In this document: piece after piece, positions 18,907 through 29,153 of the stretch
Numbering within the stretch: the first letter of the stretch is position 1
Layout: every line of letters starts with the position of its first letter
Assembly: GCA_043802865.1 (NCBI GenBank)
Contig: JAZDKQ010000023.1
Span: forward strand, 607 to 64,606
Source of the DNA: Candidatus Moraniibacteriota bacterium
GTDB taxonomy: Bacteria; Patescibacteriota; Minisyncoccia; Moranbacterales; UBA11712
DNA length: 64,000 nt
Direction: 5' to 3'
Translations under genes and position numbers: made by a program
Notes under the pieces: model-generated
Told to the model about the DNA's origin: nothing
The model's database searches: none
What the model saw: only the letters and a program-made list of their open reading frames with translations

Positions 18907-18922
18907 GGAAGTGGATCATGGC

Positions 18923-20314
18923 CTAAAGAACTCTCTCGCCAAATTTGGCAAGGGGTGATCTCACGGTTTCTTTGAAGTTAGTGGCGGCCACCATTTTGCA
19001 CTCCTCTTCGTGGCCGACCATGCGACTTATGGCATAGGCGAGACCGCTTGACCTGCGATCCAGCCGGCGGCGAAGGTCAATTTGGCCGAGATCTCCGGTA
19101 AAAATTATTTTAGTTTGCTCCCCGGCGCGCGTGATGATGGTTTTCATCTGATGGGGCGTGAGATTTTGTGCCTCATCGACGATCAATATGCAGCGGTAGT
19201 AGGACATACCCCGTATGTAGTCCAGTGGTTCAGTCACGAACTTCTTCTGCTCACTCATAGATTCGATGAGCTTTCTATTATTGCCCCCCGCATTTTCCTT
19301 GAGAAAATCAAGCGCCTCTGATATTGGGCGCATCCATGGACCAGTTTTTTCTTCAATTCCGCCTGGAAGAAAGCCCATCTTGTCCTGATCCTCAAGATGA
19401 ACCATCGGTCGGGTGATAAGGATTTTTCTGTAGCGAGACCGCAATTCAATCGCAGCCGCCATCGCCATCAACGTTTTGCCCGAACCGGCACCGCCTTGGA
19501 GGAAAATCAAGGAGATGTTGGGGTCGAGCAATTGGGAGAAAGCGATGTATTGGTGCCAGTTTGGACCGTTTCCATTCAAGGAATAGGGTTTCAGTCCCAT
19601 TACTTGAATATTGTTTTGGATGATTTTGTACTTGTCGTTTTTCCGAATAGCTGTGAATGCTGCTCCCCATTTTTGGTCGCTGGCGCCGAGTGTTCCCGGG
19701 TCTCCTGACCAATCACTGAAGCAGATCACGCCCTCGTTTTGAGGCAGGTCAATGCCATCTCCCGGAGGTTGATAGGGGAAAGAGAAATCAGACGAAATAT
19801 CCTGCGATTGAATGTTGAACGTCGGAAGTACAGTCGAAGTGTCGGATATTTCGGTTGCATCGCGAGTATAATCCTCCGCTGTGAAACCGAATTCTCTTGC
19901 CAAAATCCTCACTGGACGATCCCGGGAAACCAAAAATACTTTGGCAAATTCAGCCTTCATTCCTCTGGTTATGGTGTTTGCCGCTGCTATGATTTGATGA
20001 TCGGGACGCTTTTTGTCCATGTCGTCCATGCCCCTGAAGCTCGGTTTTCTGATGATCCTTAGCGAACTCTCACCGTTGAGTGTCAATTCCTCGATGCGCC
20101 TCAAAGCATCGCGGGCATCAATACCGATATCCGGTTTGTCTTTCAGGGCATCCAGTTCATGGATCACAACCAAGGGAATAAACAGCGTGCGGCCGTTTTC
20201 GCGTAGCACGTCAATCGATTCCGGATCATGAATAGCCACGTTGGTGTCGATCACGATGGCTTCAGCGCTTGGTTTTTCGCTGGTTGTCCCTCGTTTTTTG
20301 GCCAAGGCTCCCAT
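18923..20314 (-). CDS. PhoH-like ATPase with N-terminal PIN domain (YlaK-like)
   Basis: PIN acidic residues (IVIDTNV..IHELD), Walker A GGAGSGKT, Walker B ILIVDEAQN. Confidence 0.8.
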   Translation of the reverse strand: MGALAKKRGTTSEKPSAEAIVIDTNVAIHDPESIDVLRENGRTLFIPLVVIHELDALKDKPDIGIDARDALRRIEELTLNGESSLRIIRKPSFRGMDDMDKKRPDHQIIAAANTITRGMKAEFAKVFLVSRDRPVRILAREFGFTAEDYTRDATEISDTSTVLPTFNIQSQDISSDFSFPYQPPGDGIDLPQNEGVICFSDWSGDPGTLGASDQKWGAAFTAIRKNDKYKIIQNNIQVMGLKPYSLNGNGPNWHQYIAFSQLLDPNISLIFLQGGAGSGKTLMAMAAAIELRSRYRKILITRPMVHLEDQDKMGFLPGGIEEKTGPWMRPISEALDFLKENAGGNNRKLIESMSEQKKFVTEPLDYIRGMSYYRCILIVDEAQNLTPHQMKTIITRAGEQTKIIFTGDLGQIDLRRRLDRRSSGLAYAISRMVGHEEECKMVAATNFKETVRSPLAKFGERVL

Positions 20315-20403
20315 AGAAGTCTCCTTTCCCCATTATTGTAGGGATAAATAGATATGGTTTGTGCGCCTAATTTTTAAAGATCCGTTTCTCCCTTCTGAAT
20401 TCA

Positions 20404-22065
20404 CTATAAATCTATTCTCCTCGAGTACGCAAGTGCTTGAAAGATAGAAGAGAAAGTTGCCAATCCCAGCCAAAACAATCCCATCAAGAGTCCCGCGTTG
20501 AAAAAATTTGGTATCAGGAGAGCCAGAAGGCTCAAAAACATAAATATATTCAAATTCTTTTCGAAATCATTCCGGATGATTGGACAGCCGATTATTTTAT
20601 TGAGCGGGCAAATGGGCGAAATTCGGCGGAAAGAATATATGAATAAATATCCGAAAATTATTGCAAAAGCAATCAGTCCCAAAATTCCGCTGCTTGCCCA
20701 AACCTGAAGAAAGATATTGCTCTCGTTCAGTCCCGCCCCTCTTTCGTCGGCTCCGAGCGCCTCGGTGATCGTTCCAAAACCGACTCCGAGGATTGGATGC
20801 TCGCGGATGATTTCGAAACTTTTTCGATAAATTTGGCTGCGAGTCATCACATTGGGGTCTTTCCGAAAAATTTCGGTGACGAATTTTCCTTGTGATTTAT
20901 AAGAATAAATTTCTTCGAGATTGATATGTCGGCAATTGAATTTGGCCAGTTCATCGGTGCTTGCAATCAATTGCGGGATATTCGCGCTGTTCTCGCACGC
21001 GATCGTGATTTTTTGTTCATTTGTCGCAGTTGATCGGGCGCGGTCGAAGATGTCGAACTTGGAAAGTTTTCCAAAATGGATCGCGATTACTGAAATTAGG
21101 GTGATTGCAAATATGATTGCTAATTGATTCAAAAACAAACGAGGGGCAAATTCAATTCGTTCTTTATTTTTTTTGTATAGATTAAAAAGCAAATAGAAAG
21201 CAATAACTGCCGCCGCACTAATCCACGCCGAGCGGGACAAAGTGAGGATGAGGAGAGTGATGTTGAGAAAGATTAATGCATAGGTTCCAGTTCGGGTGGC
21301 GCCCCCTCTCCTTGATAAGGAGAGGGCTAGGGTGAGGTTGATTGCCAGAGAAAAACACAAGAAAATCCCCAGCCAGTCGGGTTCTGTGAAGGTGGAATTC
21401 GGTCGGCCAAACATCACTTCAAATGACCGCGCGCCGAATTTGTCCGCAAAAACTTGCCAAAATCCATAGAACATAACAACCAAACTTGATCCAACAAAGA
21501 AAAAAGCAGTCTTAATAAAGTCGTTTTTATTCCGCAAAAAATTCCTGGCCAAATAATATAAAATAACAAAAGAAAACAATACCAAGCTGTTTTTGAGACT
21601 AATATTTTTAACTGGTGAGTTTATGACCGACAAGAAACTTAGCGGCACGAGCGAAAAAACCAGCCAGTCGATCCATGTGGGTTTCAGCAATTTGAAACTT
21701 AATCGTTTGGATAAATATAAAATAATCACCGCGACGGCGAGCTCCGCTCCCAGAAATTGATATGGCCGCAGTTGAAGCGGCAAAAATCCGGAAGCCAGAA
21801 TCACATTTTCCAGCGGCAAAAGCGAAACGAAAAGAAAAAATACCCATCGCGGGCGGTATAGCGCGACAAGAAGCGCCAAAATCGCGAAAAAAACAAAATC
21901 ACCCGCTCCCAGAGGTAATTTGTTCTTGCCGACAAAGACAATCAGCGCAAACCCCAACGCCACGCTGAAGATCCAGAGAAGAACAAGTTCTTTTTTTAAT
22001 AAATTTTTTATTTTCTGAAAATAATGATTAATCTCCATTACATTATTTGCCTGTAGTTTCTTCAA
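20404..22065 (-). CDS. O-antigen ligase/polymerase-like (Wzy_C) polytopic membrane protein
   Basis: Ten or more TM helices; TLSRSAWISAAAVIAF resembles the Wzy_C SRgaWla motif; sits in a glycan locus. Confidence 0.45.
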   Translation of the reverse strand: MKKLQANNVMEINHYFQKIKNLLKKELVLLWIFSVALGFALIVFVGKNKLPLGAGDFVFFAILALLVALYRPRWVFFLFVSLLPLENVILASGFLPLQLRPYQFLGAELAVAVIILYLSKRLSFKLLKPTWIDWLVFSLVPLSFLSVINSPVKNISLKNSLVLFSFVILYYLARNFLRNKNDFIKTAFFFVGSSLVVMFYGFWQVFADKFGARSFEVMFGRPNSTFTEPDWLGIFLCFSLAINLTLALSLSRRGGATRTGTYALIFLNITLLILTLSRSAWISAAAVIAFYLLFNLYKKNKERIEFAPRLFLNQLAIIFAITLISVIAIHFGKLSKFDIFDRARSTATNEQKITIACENSANIPQLIASTDELAKFNCRHINLEEIYSYKSQGKFVTEIFRKDPNVMTRSQIYRKSFEIIREHPILGVGFGTITEALGADERGAGLNESNIFLQVWASSGILGLIAFAIIFGYLFIYSFRRISPICPLNKIIGCPIIRNDFEKNLNIFMFLSLLALLIPNFFNAGLLMGLFWLGLATFSSIFQALAYSRRIDL

Positions 22066-22372
22066 GAATTATTCTTTTTTCGAATCCTCCTCGATTTTTT
22101 GCTTTTTGTGCTCGGATTTCTTCGATTTGTTCTCTGCTTACACCCTTTACATCGCAAATAGCATATAAAACCTCTAGAATATCAGCGACTTCTTCGATTT
22201 TATGTCCTTCATCGCTACTTAAAAATTCTCTTACTTCTTCTTCGAGTTTTTCCTGTAATTTCTGAAAATATTCTTCATCTTCAGCAATATGTGTAGTTGA
22301 TTCCTTACCATCTCCCTGGATAATTTCAGGAATTTTATCTCTTATGAGTTTGTCGTATTTTATTTTTTTCAT
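22043..22372 (-). CDS. MazG-like all-alpha NTP pyrophosphohydrolase
   Basis: KLIRDKIPEII...EE...EL.DILEVLYAI pattern. ATG at 22372; track start is TTG. Confidence 0.55.
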   Translation of the reverse strand: MKKIKYDKLIRDKIPEIIQGDGKESTTHIAEDEEYFQKLQEKLEEEVREFLSSDEGHKIEEVADILEVLYAICDVKGVSREQIEEIRAQKAKNRGGFEKRIILEETTGK

Positions 22373-22376
22373 AAAT

Positions 22377-23504
22377 TTATTTCTCAAAAAAAACTTTCAC
22401 AAAGCTTTCCCAGCTGAATTTTTTGGCTCGCTCTCTTCCCTTTTCGGCGAGTCGGAGTTTCAATTTGTTGTTTCGCAAGACTTTTCCCATCACTCTGGCC
22501 ATTTCGTCTGTATCATACGGATTGAAATACAGCACCGCGTCGCCGCCGACTTTGGGAAGTGAGGAGGTCTTCGAAACGGCCGTTGGCGTTCCGCTGGCCA
22601 TCGCTTCAAGCGGCATCAGCCCAAAGCCTTCATAAAACGAAGGCAGGATATATAATTCGCAATTCCGATATAGCGCCGGCAAGTCTTTTTGTTTCACAAA
22701 ACCGATCAATTTCACCTTGTCCGCTAGGCCGAATTTTTCAATTTCCGCTTTCACGTCGGTGAACAGATGACTGAAGTGAGATTTGTCCTCTCCTCCAAGC
22801 ACCAAGTTTATGTCATTGACCTCATAATTTCCCGAAAGTTTCGCAAAAGCCTCAAGAAGACCCGGAATATTTTTTCGCGCGTCAAATCCGCCGATATAGA
22901 AAATATATCGCCCAAAAACGCCGTACTTATCGAGAACCTTGTTGTCCTTGTCGCTCGTCGATTTTTCAAAAAACTCTTCTCCGACGCTTGGATAAGCCGT
23001 CTTTATCTTAACGCTTGAAATTTTCAAATACTTGTGGATGTCTTTTTTTGACCACTCGGAAACAGTGACGATCTCATCGGCGTGTTGAATGGCCTTGCAA
23101 GAAATATGGAAGTATAATTTTTTTCTCCAGTTGTCGAGATACTCCGGGAAAATTTTCGGAATGAGATCATGAACGAGCATTTTGTGATTGACGCTTTCAG
23201 GCAAAAAAGTCGGGCATTGATAGAGGGAAATGAATATTTCGCATTTGTCATGACGCGCTTTTTTGGGAAGCAGAAATTTTTCCCACCAGATTTTCCGGAT
23301 CAGATCGTCGCGCTTCCAAGGGGGCAAAAATATTCTTTTGTGAAAATTTTTCGGCAACTTGAGGTCGATATCCTTTTCCAAATACAAAAAATACTCATTT
23401 TCACTTGAATGAGATTTGATGATTTCATTGACAAATCCGCGCGAAACTTGCCCAATTCCGGTGTCAGGCTTTCGCAAAAAAGAAGCATTTATACCGATTT
23501 TCAT
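22377..23504 (-). CDS. family 4 glycosyltransferase
   Basis: MKIGINASFL start and YILPSFYEGFGLMPLEAMASGTP motif. Confidence 0.7.
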   Translation of the reverse strand: MKIGINASFLRKPDTGIGQVSRGFVNEIIKSHSSENEYFLYLEKDIDLKLPKNFHKRIFLPPWKRDDLIRKIWWEKFLLPKKARHDKCEIFISLYQCPTFLPESVNHKMLVHDLIPKIFPEYLDNWRKKLYFHISCKAIQHADEIVTVSEWSKKDIHKYLKISSVKIKTAYPSVGEEFFEKSTSDKDNKVLDKYGVFGRYIFYIGGFDARKNIPGLLEAFAKLSGNYEVNDINLVLGGEDKSHFSHLFTDVKAEIEKFGLADKVKLIGFVKQKDLPALYRNCELYILPSFYEGFGLMPLEAMASGTPTAVSKTSSLPKVGGDAVLYFNPYDTDEMARVMGKVLRNNKLKLRLAEKGRERAKKFSWESFVKVFFEK

Positions 23505-23607
23505 ATAGTTATAAGGTACAACAAAAAAGGCAATTTTGCAATACTTGAAGCTGGATTTATTTCGGCATATATGCTATGCTAATGTTCAGTTGGAGCTTAA
23601 CTTTTTT

Positions 23608-23641
23608 CAGCCCGAGGCTGATCCGCCTTGGGCGGAAGACC
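23608..23641. repeat. family-A-like GC-rich palindromic element (intergenic, variant)
   Basis: CAGCCCGAGGCTGATCCGCCTTGGGCGGAAGACC. Same subtype as the insert at 43171. Confidence 0.6.
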
Positions 23642-23660
23642 TAACTTTTTAAAATATATT

Positions 23661-24611
23661 ATGCGTTTAATTGTCAACATTCCGGCCTATAACGAAGAAA
23701 AAACAATCGCCGGAGTCATCCAAAACATTCCCCGTCAGATTGCGGGAATTGACGAGGTGAAAGTACAGGTCATTGACGACGGGTCGTCCGACAAGACGGT
23801 CGAAGTGTCAAAAAATGCCGGTGCGGATTTCATCGTGAGCCATCCAAGAAATATGGGTCTCGGGGTCGGGTTCAGAACGGCGATTGAGTCGGCTCTTGAA
23901 AACGGCGCGGATATCATGGTGAATATTGATGCTGATGGCCAATTTCCGGCCGGCGATATTCCAAAATTCACGGAGCTGATCGTTGAGGGCAAAGCGGATA
24001 TGGTCGTGGCTTCCCGTTTTGGGATCAAATCGGCCAAGAATATGCCGTGGATAAAAAGTTTCCTCAATCGCTTCGCAGCCAACATCATCGGAAAGTTTTT
24101 GCGCCATCCGATCGACGATCTCACTTGCGGTTTTCGGGCGCTTTCCCGCGAAACGATGCTGCGGCTCAATTTGGCCTATCGCTTCACCTATACCCAGGAA
24201 ACGATCATTGATGCTATTTCCAAAAATCTTGTCGTCAAGTGGATTCCGGTTGAAGTGACATATTTCGACGATCGAAAATCAAAAGTCGTGAAAAGCATAT
24301 CGAAATTTGTCTATCAATCATTTCTCATCATCATTCGTACTGTCCGGGACGCGCGACCGATGGTTTTTTTCGGGATTCCGGGCGTTGTTTTTATTACAAG
24401 CGCCGGTGCCATCGGAATTGCGTTTCTGGGCTACTATTTCTCCCATTTCAAAGTTTCTCCCTTCCGCACGTGGCTTTCTTTGGCCGTGATATTGCTTTTG
24501 GTCGGCGTCCAGCTTCTTGTTTTCGCGCTCATTGCCGATATGATCCGCAACAACCGGAAACTCACTGAAGAACAGATGTATTTCTTGAAAAAAGAAAAGT
24601 ACAAGAAATGA
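23661..24611 (+). CDS. GT2 polyprenyl-phosphate glycosyltransferase (DPM1/GtrB-like) with C-terminal TM helices
   Basis: MRLIVNIPAYNEE, VIDDGSSD, DADGQF motifs; two C-terminal TM segments. Confidence 0.7.
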   Translation: MRLIVNIPAYNEEKTIAGVIQNIPRQIAGIDEVKVQVIDDGSSDKTVEVSKNAGADFIVSHPRNMGLGVGFRTAIESALENGADIMVNIDADGQFPAGDIPKFTELIVEGKADMVVASRFGIKSAKNMPWIKSFLNRFAANIIGKFLRHPIDDLTCGFRALSRETMLRLNLAYRFTYTQETIIDAISKNLVVKWIPVEVTYFDDRKSKVVKSISKFVYQSFLIIIRTVRDARPMVFFGIPGVVFITSAGAIGIAFLGYYFSHFKVSPFRTWLSLAVILLLVGVQLLVFALIADMIRNNRKLTEEQMYFLKKEKYKK

Positions 24612-25714
24612 AAATTCTTTTTATATCTCATTCCTATCCTCCGATTTGGGGCGGAGTGGAAAGCCAGAACTTCAATCTTGCCGAAAATCTCAAGAAGGTC
24701 GCGGAAGTGAAAGTGATCGCCAACGGCAAGGGCAAAAAATATTTGCCGATTTTTTTGCCGATGACGCTTTTGCGAATGCTTTTTTTGATGCCGAAATTCG
24801 ATGTGTGTCTTCTGGGAAACGGCGTGCTTGCTCCTTGGGGCGTCATTGCGAAATTGTTTCATCCGTGGAAGAAACAATTTTGCGTCGTTCATGGGTTGGA
24901 TATCACTTTTGCAAACAAGAAGGGTTTTTTGTCAAAAGTTTATAAAAGTATCAACATTCCATCACTCAAAAAGCTCGACAAGCTGCTGATGGTTGGCAAT
25001 ACGACCATCGAAGAGGCGGTCAAAGCCGGAATAAGGCGGGAACATTGCGTTTTTGTGCCAAATGGGATAAACCCCAATGAATTTGCCGAGAAACACAGCC
25101 GCGGAGAGATGGCGAAAGTGCTGGACGCCGATATCGAAAACAAAAAAATAATTTTTCGACTGGGAAGATTTGTTTCGCACAAAGGAACGAGTTGGTTTAT
25201 TGATAATGTAATGCCAAAACTTCCGGAAAATGTCATAATGGTTGCGGCAGGTGGAAGAATCGGAAAGCGCGTCGCCGGCGACAAAGATGATTTTCTGGTT
25301 TGCGAAAAGATCATCAAAGAAAAAAATCTCGGCAGCCGTGTCCGTCTTTTTCCGAACATTGCCGAAAAACAAAAGAAAATTTTGCTGGGTACGGCTGATC
25401 TTGTGGTTTCGCCAAACATAAAAGTTCCGGGAACAATGGAAGGTTTCGGCATAAACGTGATCGAGGCAAGTGCTTGCGAAAGAATGGTCGTCGCTTCTGC
25501 GCTTGAAGGTCTCAAGGACGCAGTGAAAGACGGCGAGAACGGATTTTTGGTCGAGAGTGGGAATTCGGAAGCTTGGATTCAAAAAATCAAAGAACTATTG
25601 CTTTTGAGTGATGAAACGCGAAAAAAATTTGGTGAAAAAGCAAGAAAATATACGATTGAAAATTTCAGCTGGGACAAAGTAGCAAAAAGATATTTGGAGG
25701 AAATGAAAAAATAA
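24608..25714 (+). CDS. family 4 glycosyltransferase
   Basis: EGFGINVIEASACERMVVAS motif. The 4-nt overlap with the upstream gene suggests translational coupling. Confidence 0.7.
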   Translation: MKILFISHSYPPIWGGVESQNFNLAENLKKVAEVKVIANGKGKKYLPIFLPMTLLRMLFLMPKFDVCLLGNGVLAPWGVIAKLFHPWKKQFCVVHGLDITFANKKGFLSKVYKSINIPSLKKLDKLLMVGNTTIEEAVKAGIRREHCVFVPNGINPNEFAEKHSRGEMAKVLDADIENKKIIFRLGRFVSHKGTSWFIDNVMPKLPENVIMVAAGGRIGKRVAGDKDDFLVCEKIIKEKNLGSRVRLFPNIAEKQKKILLGTADLVVSPNIKVPGTMEGFGINVIEASACERMVVASALEGLKDAVKDGENGFLVESGNSEAWIQKIKELLLLSDETRKKFGEKARKYTIENFSWDKVAKRYLEEMKK

Positions 25715-25717
25715 TTT

Positions 25718-27643
25718 ATGGTCATCGATCTCCTAAAATTGATTCTCACAATCCCCTTTCTCCTTGTTTTGCCGGGGTTCTTTTTCCAATTGGCTGTTTT
25801 CGGCATGAAAAGCAGAAAAATATCTTTTTTTGAAAAAGCGGTCTTGACCGTTCCATTCAGCCTGATTGCCGTCAACTTGATCATTTTGCTTCTGGACAAG
25901 TTGAATATTCTGCTGAAAGGCCCGGTGATCGTCGGGGCTGTGCTGATATTTTGTGCTGTGTGTTTCGCGGTTTTTCAATTTCGATTCGGAAAGAAAAAAA
26001 ACAAAGAGGATGGCGTGGAGCCTGAAAAAATATTTAATTTTTCCACTTGGCAGACGATTTTCATTCTTCTTGCAATCGTTCTGGCGATTTTCATCCGCAC
26101 AGCCTATCTCTCCGATACGATCGTCCCCTCTTCAACCGATCTGGGACATCATATGTATTGGTCCCAGATGATCATCAATTCTGGACATCTTCCCGAATAT
26201 GGAATGCCGGACTTCATCATCGGTGAACATATCGTTTTTTCCGCGGTGAATCTTGTGAGCGGGGCGGGATTGATGTCGGCGATGCCGGCGCTTCTCCTTT
26301 TTCTTTTCAACATCACAGGAATTTTCACCATCGCGATCCTGCTTGGTCGGATATTTGAAAACAAAAAGATCGTCGCTGTTTCTTTTTTCGTCGCCGGATC
26401 TTTGTACGCAATAAACGCGCCGCAAGGGCGATATGTGAGCGGCGGAGTCATTGGAAATATCATTGGCGATATGCTGATTCCCGTGGCGCTATATTTTCTC
26501 TATCGTGCTCTCACCGAAAAAGATCAAATTTTTGCCGGCCTATTCCTCTTTTCATTCGCGGGACTGCTTTATACCCATCATTTGAGTGCGTTTATTTTTA
26601 TTTTTTCAATTGTTGCTATCATAGCTCTGTATCTGATATTGAACTTCAGAAATATCTTCAAGATTGCCGGAGATTGGCTGAAAGTGTTTTTGAAGCCGTT
26701 TCCTCTCGCGATTTTGCTGCTGGTCGCCTTCTTTTTTCTGTTTGTTTTCACACCGTCATATTTCAATTCAGCTGCGGTGAGTCAAGCCACGGGTACGCCC
26801 ACGAAGATCACGCGAGTTGGCTTGAGTTTGAGTCAAATTGAGAGAGGCATCGGAAGCGCCCAATTGTTTTTGGCCGGACTCGGGTTTCTTTTGGTCCTTC
26901 TTGAACTGTTTAGAGAAAAAGAATGGTCCGCCCGAGGCGGATCTCAGCCAAAGGCTGACCAGCCTCTGGCCGGCGCCGAAAAATTTGGCGGAAAATATTC
27001 CGTCGCACTTAGCTGGATTTTGATCCTTTTTGTCATGACATGGAAGCCGGCACTTCTGGATGTGAATATTCCCAGCGACCGGATAAGTAATTATTTGTTT
27101 TTGCCGATCGCTCTTCTCTCCGCCTACGGCTTGGTGCGATATTTTGAAATTTTTGGCGCGGCAGCCTCCCGCTTCTCTTCGGCTGTTTTGCTTTTCACGC
27201 TCCTGTTTTTCGTCATCACGAACGGACTTTCGGACAGCGCGGACGCCTTCAAGACAAAAAACCAATTTCAGCAAGCGGTGCAAACTTTTCACTCGGCCGA
27301 GTATCTGGCGTCAACAGTGGACACAAACAAAGATATAATTTTGAAAGACCATGTGAACATATACGGAGATTCGTGGTACAAATTGTTTTTTATGAAAGAT
27401 TATAAATATCCCCTCTCTCGAGGAGTTCTCACGCGATATGTTGATCCGACAAAAACGCGCGAAACTTGTACGCGGGACATGATCTCTTTTCCGGAAAGCG
27501 ATACCGCGAAGGAATGTTTTGCCGATACGGGCGTGAACTACGTCGCCGTGAATTCCCAGATCGAAGGCAATAGTTTTGAAAAATACCCGGATTTCTCAAA
27601 AGTCTACGGCTCGGATTATATTTCTATTTTTAGAAGAGATTAA
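25718..27643 (+). CDS. large polytopic membrane protein (possible GT-C-type glycosyltransferase/polymerase)
   Basis: At least 12 predicted TM helices plus a C-terminal soluble domain. No firm motif. Carries a family-A element in-frame at 26928. Confidence 0.4.
   Translation: MVIDLLKLILTIPFLLVLPGFFFQLAVFGMKSRKISFFEKAVLTVPFSLIAVNLIILLLDKLNILLKGPVIVGAVLIFCAVCFAVFQFRFGKKKNKEDGVEPEKIFNFSTWQTIFILLAIVLAIFIRTAYLSDTIVPSSTDLGHHMYWSQMIINSGHLPEYGMPDFIIGEHIVFSAVNLVSGAGLMSAMPALLLFLFNITGIFTIAILLGRIFENKKIVAVSFFVAGSLYAINAPQGRYVSGGVIGNIIGDMLIPVALYFLYRALTEKDQIFAGLFLFSFAGLLYTHHLSAFIFIFSIVAIIALYLILNFRNIFKIAGDWLKVFLKPFPLAILLLVAFFFLFVFTPSYFNSAAVSQATGTPTKITRVGLSLSQIERGIGSAQLFLAGLGFLLVLLELFREKEWSARGGSQPKADQPLAGAEKFGGKYSVALSWILILFVMTWKPALLDVNIPSDRISNYLFLPIALLSAYGLVRYFEIFGAAASRFSSAVLLFTLLFFVITNGLSDSADAFKTKNQFQQAVQTFHSAEYLASTVDTNKDIILKDHVNIYGDSWYKLFFMKDYKYPLSRGVLTRYVDPTKTRETCTRDMISFPESDTAKECFADTGVNYVAVNSQIEGNSFEKYPDFSKVYGSDYISIFRRD
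26928..26978. repeat. family-A element (extended variant) in-frame in membrane protein gene
   Basis: TCCGCCCGAGGCGGATCTCAGCCAAAGGCTGACCAGCCTCTGGCCGGCGCC encodes SARGGSQPKADQPLAGA. Confidence 0.6.
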
Positions 27644-27648
27644 AAACT

Positions 27649-28020
27649 ATGTCATCAAAAATAATCATCATCGCTACGGTCGTGCTTCTCATCGTGAGCT
27701 TCTCGGTGCTTTTTGTCATTGAAGCCAAAAATCACGATTACGATTACAAAAAAGCATGGAGCGTCGTGTATTTTGAAAATCCGCGGAACAATTCGCTCGA
27801 TTTCGCGGTTGAAAACCATGAAGGCGAAAAATCAGAATACGGCTACAAAATTTTTGTTGGTGACGACAAAGTGATCGATGAAAAGGTTGAGATTGAAGCC
27901 GGCGCCAAACAAAAAATCTTACCGGTGATCCCGAGCGAGAAATTGAAAGGAAACAAGATTTTGATTGACGTCAGCTACAAAGATACGGATTATAAGATAT
28001 ATAAAAGTTTGGGGAAATGA
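27649..28020 (+). CDS. small membrane-anchored hypothetical protein
   Basis: N-terminal TM (IIIIATVVLLIVSFSVLFVI); 123 aa. Confidence 0.35.
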   Translation: MSSKIIIIATVVLLIVSFSVLFVIEAKNHDYDYKKAWSVVYFENPRNNSLDFAVENHEGEKSEYGYKIFVGDDKVIDEKVEIEAGAKQKILPVIPSEKLKGNKILIDVSYKDTDYKIYKSLGK

Positions 28021-29153
28021 AAAAGATATTATTATTGACTCGGCCGATTTGTTCCCCGTGGGATGAAGGGTCGAAAAATTTTGCCTATACCCTTGCCAAA
28101 TACGCGAGTGATTTTGAAATTCATATATTAACATGCGGATCTTTAGCGGATTTGGCGGATAATATTGTTCAACATCAGATTTATACATCGCCGAAACTGG
28201 ATTTTTCTCAAAAATTCAGATTATTTAAGTTTCTTAAAAAGGCTAATGATTTTGATATCATTCATTCCCTTTTTACTCCGACAAAACTAAATTCTTTTTT
28301 TATCAAGTTTGCGTTGAAGAGTAAAAAAGCAAAATTTATTCAAACTGTTGCTACTTTGCGCGAAGATTTGTATAGCGAGGGAGATTTCAAGAAAATATTA
28401 TTCGGTGATCAGATCATCACCTATTCCGATTATGCCAAAGAAAAACTGGAGAAAATGGGTTTTGATAAAATAAAAAGAATTTATCCTGGGATTGACATTG
28501 AAAAATACTCTCCTTCTCCAAAAAATCAGGAACTCATGAAAAAACTCGAAACGAGTGAGGATGATTTTGTCATCAATTATGCCGGCGAGTATGTGCGGCT
28601 TGGGGATATGGATGATATTATCGAGACGTTTATCGGACTCGTAGAAACGCGATTAATCGCGTCTCTACAGGGAGAAATTAAAAAGAATTTCAAACTACAT
28701 CTCGCCGTGCGGGTGAAGAATGAAAAAGACGCAAATAAGAAAAAAGAAATTATTAAAAAATTAGAAAGAGAAAATATCCTGGACAGGGTGGCTTTTATTG
28801 ACGACGGCAGTTATGAGATGCAAGATATCTTTAATCTCTGTGATATTTCCATTTTCCCCGCGCGCACAATGGCCGGGAAATTTGATATTCCCCTGGCTGT
28901 CATCGAGGCGATGGCTTGCGGAAAGCCGGTGGTCGCGAGCAATCTTGAAAGGATTAAATATTTTCTCAGCAATGAAAATAGCATCCTGATCGCGCCCGGA
29001 AACCGTGAAGTCCTCAAAGAGAATATTTTGTATCTATATAATAATCCAGAAAAACGATACGATTTGGCAAAAAAAGCGATAAGGTTCGTTCGGGAAAACT
29101 TTGATATAATGAAAGTGGTGAAGGAGTATGAAGAAGTTTATGAAAAACTATGA
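28017..29153 (+). CDS. family 4 glycosyltransferase carrying an in-frame family-C palindromic element
   Basis: C-terminal FPARTMAGKFDIPLAVIEAMACGKPVVASN. Element at 28641-28671 reads VETRLIASLQG. Confidence 0.7.
   Translation: MKKILLLTRPICSPWDEGSKNFAYTLAKYASDFEIHILTCGSLADLADNIVQHQIYTSPKLDFSQKFRLFKFLKKANDFDIIHSLFTPTKLNSFFIKFALKSKKAKFIQTVATLREDLYSEGDFKKILFGDQIITYSDYAKEKLEKMGFDKIKRIYPGIDIEKYSPSPKNQELMKKLETSEDDFVINYAGEYVRLGDMDDIIETFIGLVETRLIASLQGEIKKNFKLHLAVRVKNEKDANKKKEIIKKLERENILDRVAFIDDGSYEMQDIFNLCDISIFPARTMAGKFDIPLAVIEAMACGKPVVASNLERIKYFLSNENSILIAPGNREVLKENILYLYNNPEKRYDLAKKAIRFVRENFDIMKVVKEYEEVYEKL
28641..28671. repeat. family-C palindromic element, copy 2 (in-frame inside GT4 gene)
   Basis: GTAGAAACGCGATTAATCGCGTCTCTACAGGG. 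Offset from the ATG is 624 nt, which is a multiple of 3. Confidence 0.8.
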
